NCBI GenBank assembly: GCA_963514005.1
Contig: OY740781.1
Coordinates: forward strand, 148,614,001 to 148,678,000
Direction of reading: 5' to 3'
Length of the DNA stretch: 64,000 nucleotides
DNA from: Raja brachyura
Lineage: Eukaryota
The translations under genes were made by a program, and so were the position numbers. Of the stretch, positions 1-14,241 are shown in pieces; position 1 is the first letter of the stretch; each line of letters starts with the position of its first letter. The notes below the pieces were generated by a model. The model searched no databases. It saw only the letters and a program-made list of their open reading frames with translations, and was not told where the DNA came from.

Positions 1-654
1 ATTCTCTTCCGTGCTGTGGAAAAAAAACAGACAGAAGCAAAAAATTAGTCTTGGTGCTGACAATTGCCAACATATAATTTCTATAACTGTCAAAATAAAT
101 GGCATTATTTTAAATTCGTAACATGGAAGTTTATATACTATTTTTATGTCAAATCGCTTTTTTTCTCATTTCCTCATGCAATTCTCAGGATCAAATCACC
201 TTTGTCATCTACTCCACCTCAACCTTTCTGGAATTTCCCCTACATTAGAACTCTTTCATCTAAGTCAACTCTGCCAGAGGTTCCATGTATCTGTCACTCC
301 TGTTAATGCCAGACTGTATGGACTAAAGCAAATCAACCAAGAAAAAAATCTTTGTCATCCAATTTCTTAATGTTTTCCTGCAACTTATCTAGACATGTTG
401 TAGCTTAAATTGTACTCCTGGTTTACCCAATAACTGCAAATACACAATTTCATCCATTCTATTTTTAGTGGCCTACATTTCAGCCATATATTCATTACTG
501 TGACTATGGCCCTTCCCAACATTAAAAGGCTTCAAAAACTTAGACTTAGTTAAACATTCAGAAGAAGACCAACATAAATTCATCCCTTCGTTCTAGATGT
601 TTCATAATTTCTCCACATTGCCTCAAATGTCTTTGGCTAAAATAATCTCCAAAG

Positions 655-990
655 TATATGAGGCCTCGATAGGTAGGCAGTTCCCCAGAGTGGAAATATC
701 AAAGACTAGAGGGCATAGCCATAAGTGAGAGGGGCACAATTTGGAGACGTGGGACGCACTTTTTTTTTACACCACGAGTGGTGGGTGCCTGCAATGTGCT
801 GCCAGGGGTGGTGGGGGAGGCAGATTATGTTAGTAGCAGTTAAGCTTTTATATAAGCACATGGATGTGCAGAGAATGGAAGAGTGTGGATCATGTGCAAG
901 CAGTGGATATCAGTTTAATCTGACATCATGCTTGGCATGGACATTGTGGGTCGAGGGCCTGTTTCTATGGTGCACTGTTCTACATTCCAA
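655..990 (+). mobile_element. CR1/HER1-type LINE 3' fragment
   Basis: Shows the CR1 ORF2 C-terminal pattern (ACTAGAGGGCATAG..., GTGGTGGGTGCCTG) and the 3' tail GGGCCTGTTTC shared with the SINEs. Confidence 0.7.
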
Positions 991-3714
991 TCTGTCCGTT
1001 GCCTATAGCTCACAATTCTCATGAATTAACCAGTCAGTAATATAGAAAGGAAATGTGTATTATGTTGTCCTACAAATGTCTTTTCCTGCAGGAAAGCACC
1101 CCTGAAGAGGTCTTATCCTGGAATAGCACATTTGGATTTAGGAATGTGGGATTCTTTGTTGTAATCTGTTCCATGTGGTTCTGAGCCAGCAAGCTACTGT
1201 GTTATCCTTTCTCTAGTTAGCAATGTCAATAAAGCAGAACCATGTGTGGTATTGGTTAGCAGGAATCAAAACAAGGGCACATTCTGAAACTGTCTAATGA
1301 ATCCTTGAATAGTATGCAGTCCTCCCCCACACTCACCTCTCTCCACCCCCTCCCCAACATCAATGCACAGAGACGTTTTTAAATAAGAAGTGAACTGAAC
1401 AGCATTTTGTTGGAATTATATTAGTTGGATTATAATATACTTCTCAGAAAAAATTTAAGCATGTTAGTATTCTATTTCGAACAATGTTGAGGAAAGAAAA
1501 TCCTCTTTAAAGTACATCATAAAGTATCACATATCATGGTAGTTTACTCTCATTACATTTAGATTTGTATCAGAGCTGCAACAGGAAAAGCAGACACATG
1601 AAATACTGCAACTACTAACTTGCCAACCACACACATGGTTGGAGAGTCAGGCCATGAATGATATATGCGGAATATTTTATCATTTAATGAATGTATGCAT
1701 GCCATAAGCTGTGAATAGGCACACACATTTATACTAAGTGCCAGTGAAGCAATTCACAATGGAATCCAAAGCGCTAAACTATTTTCATTCTCTTACACAA
1801 AGCCGGCATGTGACAAACTATTTCCATTCATGCTCATTTAAAAGAATTTCAATGTCCAAATCATTTCCTATTCATTCCTATTTAACACATTTCTACTGGG
1901 TCACATTAAGTGAAATGATGCTGCTTGCCAATTTTTCTTTGCTATCTTTATCTCTCCTTTTTTTTGGAGTTGACCAAATTTACCTGGTTGAAAACTAGCT
2001 TTGCAATTTGACCAGCCTTTTTCATTGCAATATGTTCATGCCTGACTGTCCTACTGCATTTGGATGCAAACTCAGGATTTTCTTTCTCCTGAATCCTTTT
2101 TACATTGAATCCTCCAGTTCATCAGCTGATTTGTCTTTATTGATGTTTGTCTAGATCAGACATACTAGGTTTTCATAGCCAAACCCAACCCTTCCTTTGC
2201 ACAAAAGCCATGCATATGTATTTTCAACAAAAATGAACAGAAAGTGATTAGTAGTAGACTTGCTGGTTGATCTTCCTCTCCCAATCTGTAAACTATGCTG
2301 TTGTGAGAAAATATACTATCCCTAAGCTACTTCTCCAGTTAGTCAGTCAAAATTGAAACTATTTACATCCAACACACTTTTCCTTAATTAAAGACAGATT
2401 AGCAATGATCTTTTCTTAAGTCATCAGTATATTTTATAAATGCAACAAGAATGGAAGTTGTTCTATTATTAACTTGTGGATAATGGAAGGAAGGAAAATA
2501 GAGAATGAGGAACATGTAAAATTTTGGTAAGAATATGTTGCGATAAATGTTGAATAAATTGGAAAATAAAAAATGGAAATAGAGAATAACTGAATACCAC
2601 ACTAATTTGTTTCCTATTTTCTTACTTGTCACAACATAGAAGTTTTATGCCAACTCCCAACAGCGGACATCCATCAGTCCCTTGAGCACTTTGAGTGGAG
2701 GTCAGACAGGAAGCCAGCAGAGCCTGGTTGGAAACAATGGGGAAATCTAATGTGATATCACAAGCTTGGTAAGATGGGTGGAGGAGGTGGTTGCATTTGG
2801 AGATCAGAGCCAGTGAAGAATTGTGAGCGGAGACGAATGAACGAAAAGATGTAGATTTGAGCCTTGAGAAAAGGAGGAAGTAGTTTGAAATTAGAGGCTG
2901 TCACAGCTGGGAGCCCGGTTAGATAATGGGGTGGCATTGGATAGTTTGGGGAAAGTAGCCCAACGAGAGCAGATACGATGGGAAAATCATGGATCTGGAT
3001 CCTGCACAGGTTCCTCAAAGAGCACGACAAAGCATAATTCTGAGATCATGTGAAATGTGTCTTGAAGGCAAAGTGATCTAATTGTCCAGCCCCTAAATTG
3101 CAAGCAATAAGTAACTTCAGGCCATCAAAGGTAAATCGCAATCAGAAATACCAGGTTGAATTTCCAGAGAGGTATAACTCAATCCAGAGATGGCCTTTAT
3201 TGCATTCCACTTCAGAAATAAACAACTTTCAGAAAGTTAGCATTGAAAAAGGAACATAGGAATTTGTTGTGTCAGCTGTGTACACAATGAGTGTTGTTTC
3301 TTGGATGAAAACTGCAGCCCCAATGTTGGATGCCTTTATGGTGTTTAATCAGTGGAATGGGATTCAATATGGACTGTAAAAACAAAAAGATTCAGCTGCA
3401 ATGTTTTGTCGTATTCAATGCTGTGCCGCAAATTCTGCCAATATGAAGCCAAGTACCTCATATTGTGTTTCACTCTTGACATAATCATATCAAACTTCAA
3501 TGTTGTCACTTTGAAAGCAATGTTGGAACAATGCAAGGAATTGAATCGTGCTGTTCTGGGAAGCAACTATTTATTTTGTAGTCAATGTAAACTCATAGAA
3601 CATGTTTTTAAAAATCTGCACTGGACAGCCTTGGGGCGAGCCAGTGCTCACAGCTATGGTTTTTAATGTCCTACTGCCCACCCTGACTGTCTGCTGCCGT
3701 TGCAATAGAAAGTT

Positions 3715-5005
3715 CAGGACCTAATTACATGTGCCAGCATCAACCCCCAATAACTCCAACTTCTCCACCAGCTGCTGCAGAATGATTGTGTTAAAAGCAG
3801 AGCTGAAGTCTATGAAGAGGATCCTGGCATAAGTATTTTTCCGATCAAGGTGTGGCAGTATTGTTGAGTGTTCAGTGTTGTTGAGACTGCGTCCTCTGTG
3901 GATCGGTTGGCTCTGTAGGCGAACTGCAGTGGGTCTAGGTCGGCAGGTAGGCTATTTTTGATATGCTGCATAACCAGTCTCTCAAAACACTTAATTACTA
4001 TGGGTGTTAGAGCCACTGGTCGAAAGTCATTATGGCAGGCTGTTTTTGGTTTATTCGGGACAGGAACGATGGTGGCACTCTTAAGACAGTTGGACACTAC
4101 TGCCTGGCTGAGTGAGGTGTTAAAAATGTCTGTGAAGACATCTTTCAGTTGCTCGGCGCTGTCTCTTAGAACGCATCCAGGAATGTTGTCCGGCCCTGCG
4201 GCTTTGCGTGGGTTGATGCTGGCCAAGGCCTTTATAACTACGGCTGCAGACAGTCTGAGCGACTGGTCACTGGGAGATGGCAGTAATGCACGTGTCTGGG
4301 TGCTGTTTTTAACCTCAAACCGTGCGTAGAACCCGTTCAGTTCATCTGGTAGAGAGGGGTCTTTTGGCATAGCCGCAGTGGGGGGGGCATGTAGTCAGTG
4401 ATGGTATGAAATCCCTGCCACAAGCGACGTGTGTCTTTGGCATTTGTGAAGTGGCTATTAAGTTTCTGTCCATACAGCCTCTTCACTTCCCTGATCCCCC
4501 GGGATAGGTTACTCCTTGCCAGTTTGTATGCTGTGTTGTCTCCAGATTTAAATGCAGCATTCCGGATTCTCAGTAGGGAACACACTTCCCCAGTTAGCCA
4601 AGGTTTCTGATTGGCACGCCTCCTGACGGTTTTTACCACCGTTACATCCTCGATGCATTTGTTGATGTATCCGATGACGGATTCTGTGTATTCTTGGAGG
4701 TTGATGCCACTGTCATCTGTTGCTTCCTCTCTGAAGATGGCCCACAGTGTGGTTTCGAAACAGTCCTGTAGTGCCTCGGTAGCTCCCTGTGGCCATGTTC
4801 TGACTTATTTGACCGTTGGCCTGTCCTGTTTCACCCTGGGTCTGTATGCAGGTTTGAGCATAACCGCTAGGTGGTCAGAGTTGCTGATATGGGGGAGGGG
4901 GGCTGCTTTATATGCATCTTTAATGTTGGTGTACACCAGATCAAGTTTGTTCTTTCCCCTGGTTGCAATGTTCACATGTTTCTTAAGTGTTGTGAGAATA
5001 TCTGT
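3715..5005 (-). mobile_element. Rex1/Babar-type non-LTR retrotransposon ORF2 fragment (endonuclease C-terminus to N-terminal RT), frameshifted
   Basis: Motifs TRGKNKLDLVYTN...[39 protein letters not shown] and [18 protein letters not shown] are spread over three frames (ORFs 4805-5023, 4337-4639, 3810-4370). Confidence 0.85.
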
Positions 5006-8000
5006 CTCCAACACCCATTTCAAGTTTGAACTACTCTGTATTTATCAAATTCCATCAGATCCTCTCTAAACCTCCTATTTCTCATCTGAAAAGTTATACC
5101 ACATTTTAGACACCCACACAATGGAAAACAAAGATTCTTACTACCTACCCCACCTCCCCCACCCACTCAAAAGTTGGCATACCTCACCTTCCTTCGCTCC
5201 AGAAAAATTAATCCAGACTATCCAATCTCTCCTGCGAACTGAAATTCTCCAGTCCAGGCAATGTTCAATGGTGTTTTTGTCACATGTGCGAAGTGCAAAC
5301 ACACGGTGAAATTATTTTCTTACAAACAGTCCAGCAGAGTATTGCACATCCCTCATTAGCTGATTGTACAGAAATAGCCTACCGAGCCCGCATTTTCTAA
5401 GTCCAGTCCACGCTCTAGGTATTCTGAGTGGTGCCCATTCCAGGCAAGTCCCATGCTGCTGTGGGCCTCCCGCCGTCGATTTCCACTATCCCGGTGAATC
5501 TCCCTTGCACCCGATTACCGCTGCTATCTCCCACTCCCTAACTGTTGCTATTATCAATAACCATAAAGCTGACACTTCTAGATCCCAAATGGTCCTGGGA
5601 GCATTGGTATTCCCCAACAGTCACAGAACATGGCACATTTGCCACTTATCAAAAACACACAATGTCTTTTGTGTCACACTGCCAATCCAAGATCTTCAAC
5701 ATGACCAAATATTATTTTCATATTATTCTGTTTCTACCTGGCAACAGCTTTCTTCAATATTTACATTTAGCCATTATGTGTTATATTGTGCCAGGGCATA
5801 TTCTGAAAGGATCATAAAAAGTGCCAGATAATGTGTTTTTGTTTGTCATGAGTGGTCTTTGAACATTTCAGGAGTTAAAGAAGAAGGAAAGATTTTTTTA
5901 TTTTGTTGTGAATACTTCAAGCTATGAAAGTCTTCTGCGTGGTTACGTCATTGCCTGGCTTCTGTCATACCAGTGGAAAAAGATTTGCCTTTTTTGTTTT
6001 TGCAGCTGATGCCTCTCTTAAATGTGTAAGAAAGAAGGAGCAAAACAAAGAATGAGATCAATCACTCAGGATGGCGTTAATCTATTTTTGTTGCTGAGTG
6101 CACCAACTTAATTTACTCTTGCAATGGGAGATTGGAATGCAAAATTAGGTGCTGGGCACTGGAGAAAAGAATAGAAAGAGCAAGTACTAACAAAATAGAG
6201 ATTGGAGGTAAGAAACCGTGAAGAGGTAAAGCAAACCCATATAATAAAAAGGCAAAGAAGGAAAACAATATACCACAGAATGTACAACTGTCGACAGAAC
6301 CGTTTGCATAAGATCATAAAGACAGGTTTCGATATAGACCATCGAATTAGTAGAAGAAACAGGAAACCAAGGACTGAGCCATTGGCCTAACAAGTCACAT
6401 TTATCCGTGTGTTCTTGTATAATTTCAAGGTTAATTTGTGATCTCCAAGTTTGGCCATATGCACTATATCAATGTCCGTTTTCTGATGATACAAACATTA
6501 TTCTTAATGTTTCTGAGTCCCACTGTACAATTCAGCCGGAAAGTCCATTCTGATCAATTCACCAGCACACCTCCTAGCCCTATAGCACTAGGTCTATTTT
6601 CAAATTCTTTTTTCCTGCCTCTTGTTATTCCTTCATAATTTTCCTATTCAAGTACATAAAATTAATTATCCTTTAAATCATGTATCCCCAACCATTGCCC
6701 TCACAACTTTGAATGAATGACCTCTTCAACTCCTGCATCAGAACATATTACTTAATATTTGTATACTCCATTGTTCTTTACAAAGACTTACAAGGTCCCA
6801 TCTGATGTATCCTTGATGTTAGATAGATGAAATAATAAGATTAGCAGGGCTAATTTCAAAACAATTTTTCTTCTGTACAGAGGTCTCAGCATCTGGCTGG
6901 TCCTATTAAGTCACATCAACAATAACTATTTCACACTGAGCTTCGGACTTGATTAATGCAACGCACAACCCAGCAGGAATTATGTTGATTTGATCATGAA
7001 CCCCACTATTTTGCTCTCCTTGTTAATAACAGCTTTACTGTGATTGGAACATTAAGGACATTGAATCCAATGTATTTTTCTGGTCATGCAGAAGTCCATC
7101 TTCCCAATATGCATTATTTATTTGCACTAGTTTCTTTGCTACTGATCAGCATGGTTTCTAATTTTAAAATAATTTACTGTCAGCTCAGAAACTTGGTTGT
7201 TGGTGGTGTAGACTGGGAATTCAGGTGAATGGTGCACTTGACTCTCCAACCATTAAACAGCTGAATCTGTAATGATTAGAAATTTGAAAGCACCACCTGC
7301 TAAACTTTGTCATTTGGAAATACTCTGTCATGGAATCATATAATCAAAAAGCAAGGAAATAGACTCATCGGCCCAACCTGTCCATGCTGAGCAACACGCC
7401 CCATGCTCGTCCCATTTGCCTGTGTTTGGCCCATATGCCTCTAAACCTAGAGAAATAGGGAACTGCAGATGCTTGTTTACAAAAAAAAAAGATGCAAAGT
7501 GCTGGAGTAACTCAGCACCGGAGAGCATAGAAGGGTCCCGACACAAACACGTCACCTATCTATGTTCTCCAGAGATGCTGCCCGACTGGCTGAGTTACTC
7601 CAGCACTTTGTCTTTTTTTCCCCGTTAACCCTATGATATACATGTATCTATCCAATTGTTTATCAAATGTTATTATTGTAACTGCCTCAATTTTCTCCAA
7701 CAGCTCAATCTATATCCATGTAATAACATAGGCCGACATTGACCAAAGTTGGAAAAACAGTGCCCTTCAGCACAAGTTAAATGATCTGGAAACCTGGATG
7801 CACAATTAGTTTCTTCATCAATGTAAGTATTTTGTTGCTTCTTCACAATATCAGGAAAGTGGCTGCCTATTGGGCACCACAGTCGCCTGCTTTTATACGT
7901 TTATTTTTAGTTTGCTTCTATTTGTGCCTGATTATTTATTCTATTTGCTTTCTTATTATGGAGACCATGCTGAATACGCAATTGACCAGCATGACTTTTC

Positions 8001-8169
8001 CTTTCTTCCTACATGCCTTTTCCTAGCATATTAAATACTCCCCAGCATCCCATGAGATCATTGTCACACTTGGTTATTCCATCACAAAGCTAAATTATCT
8101 AGTCCTCTGATCCACAAGTATTTGAACATTTTGGACACTAAACCTTTGGTAGTAATATAAAATGTGTGC

Positions 8170-8900
8170 TATCTTGCTCAGAGTTGCGTCAGAGACCCAG
8201 ATTTGATCTTGAACTAAGGTGCTGCCTATGTGTGGAGTTTACATGTTCTCCCTGTGACCACCTGGGTATCCTTCAGGTGCTCCGGTTTCCAAAGATGTGT
8301 GGGTTTGTAGGTCAGGTGCTTCCGTAAATTGTCCCAAGTGGAAGATAAATTAGGGTATAGGTGATCACTATGACTCGGTGGGCTGAAGGAAGTGTTAATA
8401 CCATTACAATTTTTTAAATTTTAATTGTGTGAATAAACAAGATTGTTTTTGATACCATCTGGGAATTCTGTTTTATTTCACTTTCAGTTCTAATGCAAAT
8501 ATGGGTCATTGCATGTATTTAATGTTGGCCATAATATTATTTATTGTCATTCCTTTTAAATAGTACACCATCACTTCTCTCATAGTTTCTTTCAATATAG
8601 GAAGAAGGCATTCAGTTGAGTCAATCTCTTAAAACATTCCCATCGACCCAATATCCCGTAAGTTCCCTGTGACCTATTCTCCACCACAAGCCTATGAACC
8701 CCACTGAATCTTCTCTGACCCACCAAAACTGGGGGTAATTTTCAGGGACCAATTAAACCTACCAAACATCACATCTTTGGAATATGGGAGGAAACTGGAG
8801 CAACCAGGGAATCCCATGTAATCACAAGGAGAATGTCTAAACTCCACTTGGACAACATATAAAATCAGGATTGAACTGGATCTGGATCTGTCGCTGGATC
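8170..8900. mobile_element. Two older HE1-type SINEs (about 8170-8395 +, 8595-8900 -)
   Basis: V-domain GGAGTTTACATGTTCTCCCTGTGACC..GGTGCTCCGGTTTCC and its reverse complement. Confidence 0.7.
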
Positions 8901-9749
8901 TGTGACAAAATGTAAAAGAGATGCTGCAAGGCAGTGTAATTTAAGACTTTATCTTGTTAGTTTATTCCTACATTCTGTAACAAATAAATTCAAAAGCTTG
9001 CAGAATTCAATTTCTTTTGCATTTGTCCTCTTAGCTGTCATGGGATCAAAAGAGCATTTCACACCTTCTGCTCTACTGTCATAGAGTCATAGAGTCAGAG
9101 TGTGGAAACAGGCTCTTCAGCCCAACATGTCCCACCTACCTGCATTTGGCCCATATCCCTCCAAACCTGTCCTATCCATACTGGTTTTTTTTTGTGGCTA
9201 AACTTACTAATTTTAAATTTGCTTTAGCCTAGCCCAATGTTACAAATTATGTCATCCACAAACTTTCCCAATTTTAAAATATGTATATATGCATCATTTT
9301 TAAATTTCACACACAAACCTGAAGAAAAACAGTGGACTAATTTATTGGCTATAAGCAACAGTCAATTTAGACTTAGACAGGTGATGCATCTAAATTCCAA
9401 TGGACAATGGCTGGCAGCAAGATAAAATATATCTGAATTATCTGAAAGTGAAAATAATAATGTCCATTAGGCTATGCTCTTACTGCAGCTGAAGGAAAGG
9501 TGATCCAACAAACTGGCATAAACTTATTATTTGCATTAGTTCACATTAAACTTACAGCACAGAAAATTCACCCAAAAGGTCATGTAGATTTCTTTTCTTC
9601 TTGCATGTTTACACTGCTTCCTACTCTTCTTCTTATGCCTCCTTGGGCTGGGGGTTGGCTTGTTTGTGCTCTAGCTCTAACCTGGCTGATGAGGCCAATG
9701 TTATGCCTCACAGGTGAAGCGAAAGTTGCTTGGCAAGACAGGTAAACAA

Positions 9750-10110
9750 GTAGATTGAGAGGTGATGTGCTCCCTTACTTTGATGAAACTCCGAAGCATC
9801 AGCTTTGGTATTGTGAAGTTGGGAATCTGATGAACGCAAGCTACCATTAATGTTGACAGAGTCCAATTAGAGCATAATGCTGGAGGTGTTAGCTTGGAAG
9901 TGGATGCAGACAACATTTCGCTTATCCAGTTAGTGGATTTGGAAGATTTTGAGGAGACAGCCTTATTAGTATTACTTCAGTGCTTGGAGGTGTGTACCCA
10001 TCTCAGCAATGTAGAGGAGGGCAGGGATCACTGTAGCCTGGTAGTCTGTGAGACTTTGCGGGGTAGTAGTTTTGATTTTATTTGAATTGCCTCTTTCAGT
10101 GCTGCAACTT
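9750..10110 (-). mobile_element. Old degenerate RTE-like LINE fragment
   Basis: The minus strand reads YQATVIPALLYIAE..HLQALK..CLLKIFQIH.LDKR with stops, similar to the RTE C-terminus at 27.6-28.4 kb. Confidence 0.5.
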
Positions 10111-10664
10111 TAATGAAATTCGGTACAGTAAAGGTCAAACCCAAAAGTTTGCACGCCCTTACTTTTGTTGGGTTTTTTTAAAATACCCTAGGTTGCATTT
10201 GTATTGCTTTTGAAAATCCGTGTTAATTAAATTTGGCATGTACACTTGGAACGTTGTAGGAAGTTGGCTTGCTTTAATTCTTGACTACAACTCCCTCATC
10301 TGGGAGGAGCAGAGCATGCCAGGGAATCTCTGGAACACCTTAATCACAAGCAATGGCAGTATAGGAGATGTCTGATAGTGGTTATTAGTGCGGAACCTCG
10401 CAGAGGTTTGACGATGGGAAACTCTAAGCAAGAATCACATTCATTCGGTTTCCATCAGTGGCAAAGAGCTTGACCTGGTACAGCATTGTAAGCAAATCCA
10501 AACAGAGAGCAGGGAGCAGCTCCAAACACATGACATTACTTTTTTAACCTTGGAGAAATCTCTACTGTGTGACCTCTGTAGTCTACACTCCAACAGTGTT
10601 GAAAACATATGGAGCATCCTTCTCATATTTGCATGGTTCCCTATGTGGTACTCTTCCCAAATCT

Positions 10665-11105
10665 CAGGATGAGCATTTGACAGCACTGGGCCTGCACTCG
10701 CTGGAGTTTAGAAAAATGAGGGGGGACCTCAATGAAATGTACATAATAGTGAAAGGCCTGGAAAGAGTGGATGTGGAGAGGATGCTTCCACTAGTGGGAG
10801 AGGCTAGGACTTGAGATCATAGCCTCTGAATTAAAAGTTGTTCGTTTAAAAAGGAGACGAGGAGAAATTTTGTTAATCAGAGGGTGGTGAATTATTTTGT
10901 CAGAGGTTGGCGAATCTATGGAATTCTTTGCACAGAAGGCTGTGGAAGCCATCAGTTGATATATTTAAGGCAGAGATAGATAGATTCTTGATTAGCACGG
11001 GTGCCTGAGGTTATGGGGAGAAGGCAGGAGAATGGGGTTAAGAGGGAGAAATAGATGATGGTCCAAATGGCCTAATTCTGATCCTATCACTTATGATCTT
11101 ATGAG
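10665..11105 (+). mobile_element. CR1 LINE 3' fragment
   Basis: Encodes LGLHSLEFRKMRGDLNEMYIIVKGLERVDVERMLPLVGEART. Near-identical paralogues lie at 18.9 and 63.4 kb. Confidence 0.8.
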
Positions 11106-11259
11106 TCTCTCTCATTATACCAGACATCAATAACAATATCCATTATAGTATTTCACTGACTGTAAAGATGACTGTGCGGAGCCCAAGATACCAAATTTTG
11201 CACCAATCTCATGGTTTACCACCCACTTTATGGGCCAGTGATTCTGATGTATAAATAGA

Positions 11260-11540
11260 CAGTGGGCATCAGACACTTCAAAGCACTGGAGGATTATTAC
11301 CAGGATATATTATAATCCGCTGGTAAAATAGACAAATTGCTCAGTCTGCATCCTTTCCCAGAGCAACACTCCAGCATGGAGGCTGCGATCATATTCAAGA
11401 AGCACCAATGGGCAGGACACATATTCTATGATCACACTGTTCAGAACACCATGACAACAGGTCATTGCCATGAGGAGAGAGAAAATGCAAAGAAGTTTTA
11501 AAGTATCCTTACAGAGATGTCACAGCCTCATTGAAGCATA
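11260..11540 (+). mobile_element. Old degenerate RTE-like LINE fragment
   Basis: Reads HFKALEDYYQ..ILSQSNTPSMEAAIIFKKHQWAGH, an RTE C-terminal pattern. Confidence 0.4.
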
Positions 11541-13799
11541 GTAATCCATGAATGAAGACTCTCAAGCTGGTCCAGAAGATTTAAGGAACTTTCAAGTCAC
11601 TTCACAAGCGCACATGGATGGCCAATGCTTCAAACACTTCCTAAACTTTTCATGCAGTGCAATGGAGCTGCTCTCTCAGGTGCAGGCAGATTTTAAATGG
11701 TCCAAACCAGTCAATGATTCCACTATACTAAAACTGGTACATTTGACATAACCCCTGATTCAGTCATTAACTTTGGTCGTATATTCTATAGTCTCAACTT
11801 TGTGTGAAAGGTTTCTCCTCTTTTCATTTTCATTCCTTCGATTTTATCTCCTTTCCATGTACAATATGATCATTCTCGAGTATACCAAATTGCCTGTGTT
11901 CTGGTGTACTCTTGAGTACACCAAAATTAATCTTACCTAGAAATTAGATTTCCACATTTGTGGGCACATTGTGATCTAATTTATCGGGACAATAGTAAAT
12001 GAAAATCAAGGACTCACAGTGTGATTCACAACATGATACACATTTCCCTCCTGGTGTAAATAGCTTGTTCTAACCCCCCCAGTCTAGTTTCAGTCAATAA
12101 AATACTGAGTCAAGCACTTGCGCATCTAAACTTTATTTTGGTAAAACACAATAACAGTTCCCCACTACTATACCTAACCACCGCAGGTTCGATCCTTGCA
12201 TCTGCTTGGCCAAGCCCTTCTAGCCTCGTGACAGCAGAGACACTCCAAAAGGTCACGCAGTCCTAAGCGTTCTCCCAGAAGATAAATGCAGGACCTCATG
12301 GGAGCTATCTTTTATAGGTCCCTGAACCTTGTGGGGCCGAACCATATTATGTCCAATAACAGATAATGATTAACACAGTACATGATAGACATTTCCCTAA
12401 CCCAATAATACAGTAATTAATACAATGTATCTGACAAAGTTTCTAGCAAAGATCCTATAGCGAGCAAGATAGTCAACTCCTGCTTAAATGCAATGGGCTG
12501 ATGTGTAGTACACAACGGAGCTAAACGTGGGCCATTTTTTCGTCCATTTCAGTAACCTGACCCGACTTTGTATATCCCTCTCACAGTGTAATCAGCGTTG
12601 CGGGGGAACAGTTTGTGTGTGATATAGGGTTAGATTCATAATTCTGTTCAATCATAATTCTGTTCTCACGCTGAGTTCTGTCCCTGTGCCAGTTTGTCCC
12701 TTTGCGCCGCCTACCAACGATCTGTGCGGTCTGGGGAAGCGTGTCGGTTGACGGCTGTGAATAACGTTGCCTCTCTTCTCTTTGGTTGAATGTGCAGCTG
12801 TCAACAACAACAACCAGGTGAAGCAGTTGTCAAACATGGCGGGGGGGGGGGGGGGGGGCGATGACAACCACAATGAGGCCAAACATCTGGGACAGGTTTC
12901 GGACTACCGGCACACGGCCCGTAACCCGAAAAACTGTGGGGGGGTTTTCAATTCATTTTCGTGGGGTTGGGGCAGGCTAGCCGACCTGGGAATTGCGGCC
13001 AATCCCTGGGACGCGAGCTGAGCTGGGAACGGCAGCCAGTCCCGGGGCACGCAGAATGCCAACTTGGTCAGTATGGACAAATTGGGCCAGCCATGTACAT
13101 GTTGTATAACTGACTCTATGCAGATCTGAATGGGCTTAGAATTACCATTTAAGCAAAATTGCCCTCACTTTCCCCATTTTGATTCTTGAGATTAATATCC
13201 CTTTGCTCTGTTACCAGCGTTAAAGTACTTATGAGGTAGAGTCAGGAAAGGGAACATGTTACTTTTTTTTAGTTTGCTTTAATTTGTTAGTTGATTTTTT
13301 GTTGACTGCCATAATTTCTGAAATATTCTTAAAGTAACTTAATTGTTATAAAGCAGTAAAAAGTGATTTTTGTCCAAACAATTGGAACTTTCATAAAATG
13401 TTTGAATTATTAGCAAGGCTGCCAACTCTCACGCATTGAGCGTGAGACTCGCACATTTCACAAAATTCTCATGCTCTCACGCTGATCACAAAATTATATA
13501 ATCAGAATAGGACCTTTTTTTGCTTAGCAAATAGTGGAGGAAGGAATTGCAGGTGCTGGTTTAAACTGCAGATAGACACTAAAAACTAGAAAAACTCAGC
13601 AGGACAAGCAGCAACTCTGGAGAGAAAGAATGGGTGATGTTTCGAGTCGAGACCTTCAGCCTGAAGAGGTTGAAAACCAGCCATAAAACACAATGACTGG
13701 ACATGTGTGTTATCCAACTAAGGGCAGAAATCAGAATCATGTGTTCATCTTTATTCACGTGACACCAGAATAAATATATTACAGAAAAAATAACTTAAT

Positions 13800-14010
13800 G
13801 GGGTGGCACGGTGGTGCAGCGGTAGAGTTGCTGCCTTACTACCAAATGGGTTTTCTCAGGATATTATGGTTTGTCCCATATCCGAAAGAAGTGCAGGTTT
13901 GTAGGTTAATTGGCTTCTGTAAATTGTCCCTGGTGTGATGGATGGAATTGGTGTATGATAGATTGCTGGTCGATGTGGACCTGGTGGGCTGAAGGGCCTG
14001 TTTCCATATA
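13800..14010 (+). mobile_element. HE1-type SINE (internally deleted)
   Basis: Head GGCACGGTGGTGCAGCGGTAGAGTTGCTGCC, body GGTTTGTAGGTTAATTGGC and tail GGGCTGAAGGGCCTGTTTCC. Confidence 0.8.
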
Positions 14011-14110
14011 TATTTTTACATATATATCTTAATTTAATTGAACCATACATGATTGAATATGTGGCATTAATTTCCTCTTTTTTCTATATTCAAAGGGTAA
14101 GGTTGAAACC

Positions 14111-14241
14111 GTCTGAAGAAGGGTTTCGGCCCGAAACGTTGCCTATTTCCTTTGCTCCATAGATGCTGCCGCACCCGCTGAGTTTCTCCAGCAATTTAGT
14201 CTACTTTCGGTTCTCCAACATCAGCAGTTCCTTCTTGAACA
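14111..14241 (+). mobile_element. Penelope pLTR-derived repeat with hammerhead-like core
   Basis: GTCTGAAGAAGGGTTTCGGCCCGAAACGTT...GATGCTGC..CCGCTGAGTTTCTCCAGC..GCAGTTCC. Confidence 0.75.

Noticed and set aside
2640-3050. Possible ancient L2-like fragment
   Set aside because: It is too degenerate to support with a motif.
7960-8010. Minus-strand GGAAAAGTCATGCTGGTCAATT resembling my recollection of the human PCDH10 last exon start
   Set aside because: There is no polypyrimidine tract before the AG, the peptide is not RKRIC*, and a match this short could be chance.
12841-12858. Poly-G/poly-C runs (also about 20040, 27177 and 53925)
   Set aside because: These are simple homopolymers, mostly inside repeats. 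Their length is unreliable and there is no evidence of function.
13800-13845. tRNA-like A/B boxes here and at 25424 and 63196
   Set aside because: These are SINE heads followed by the V-domain and LINE tail, not cloverleaf tRNA genes.
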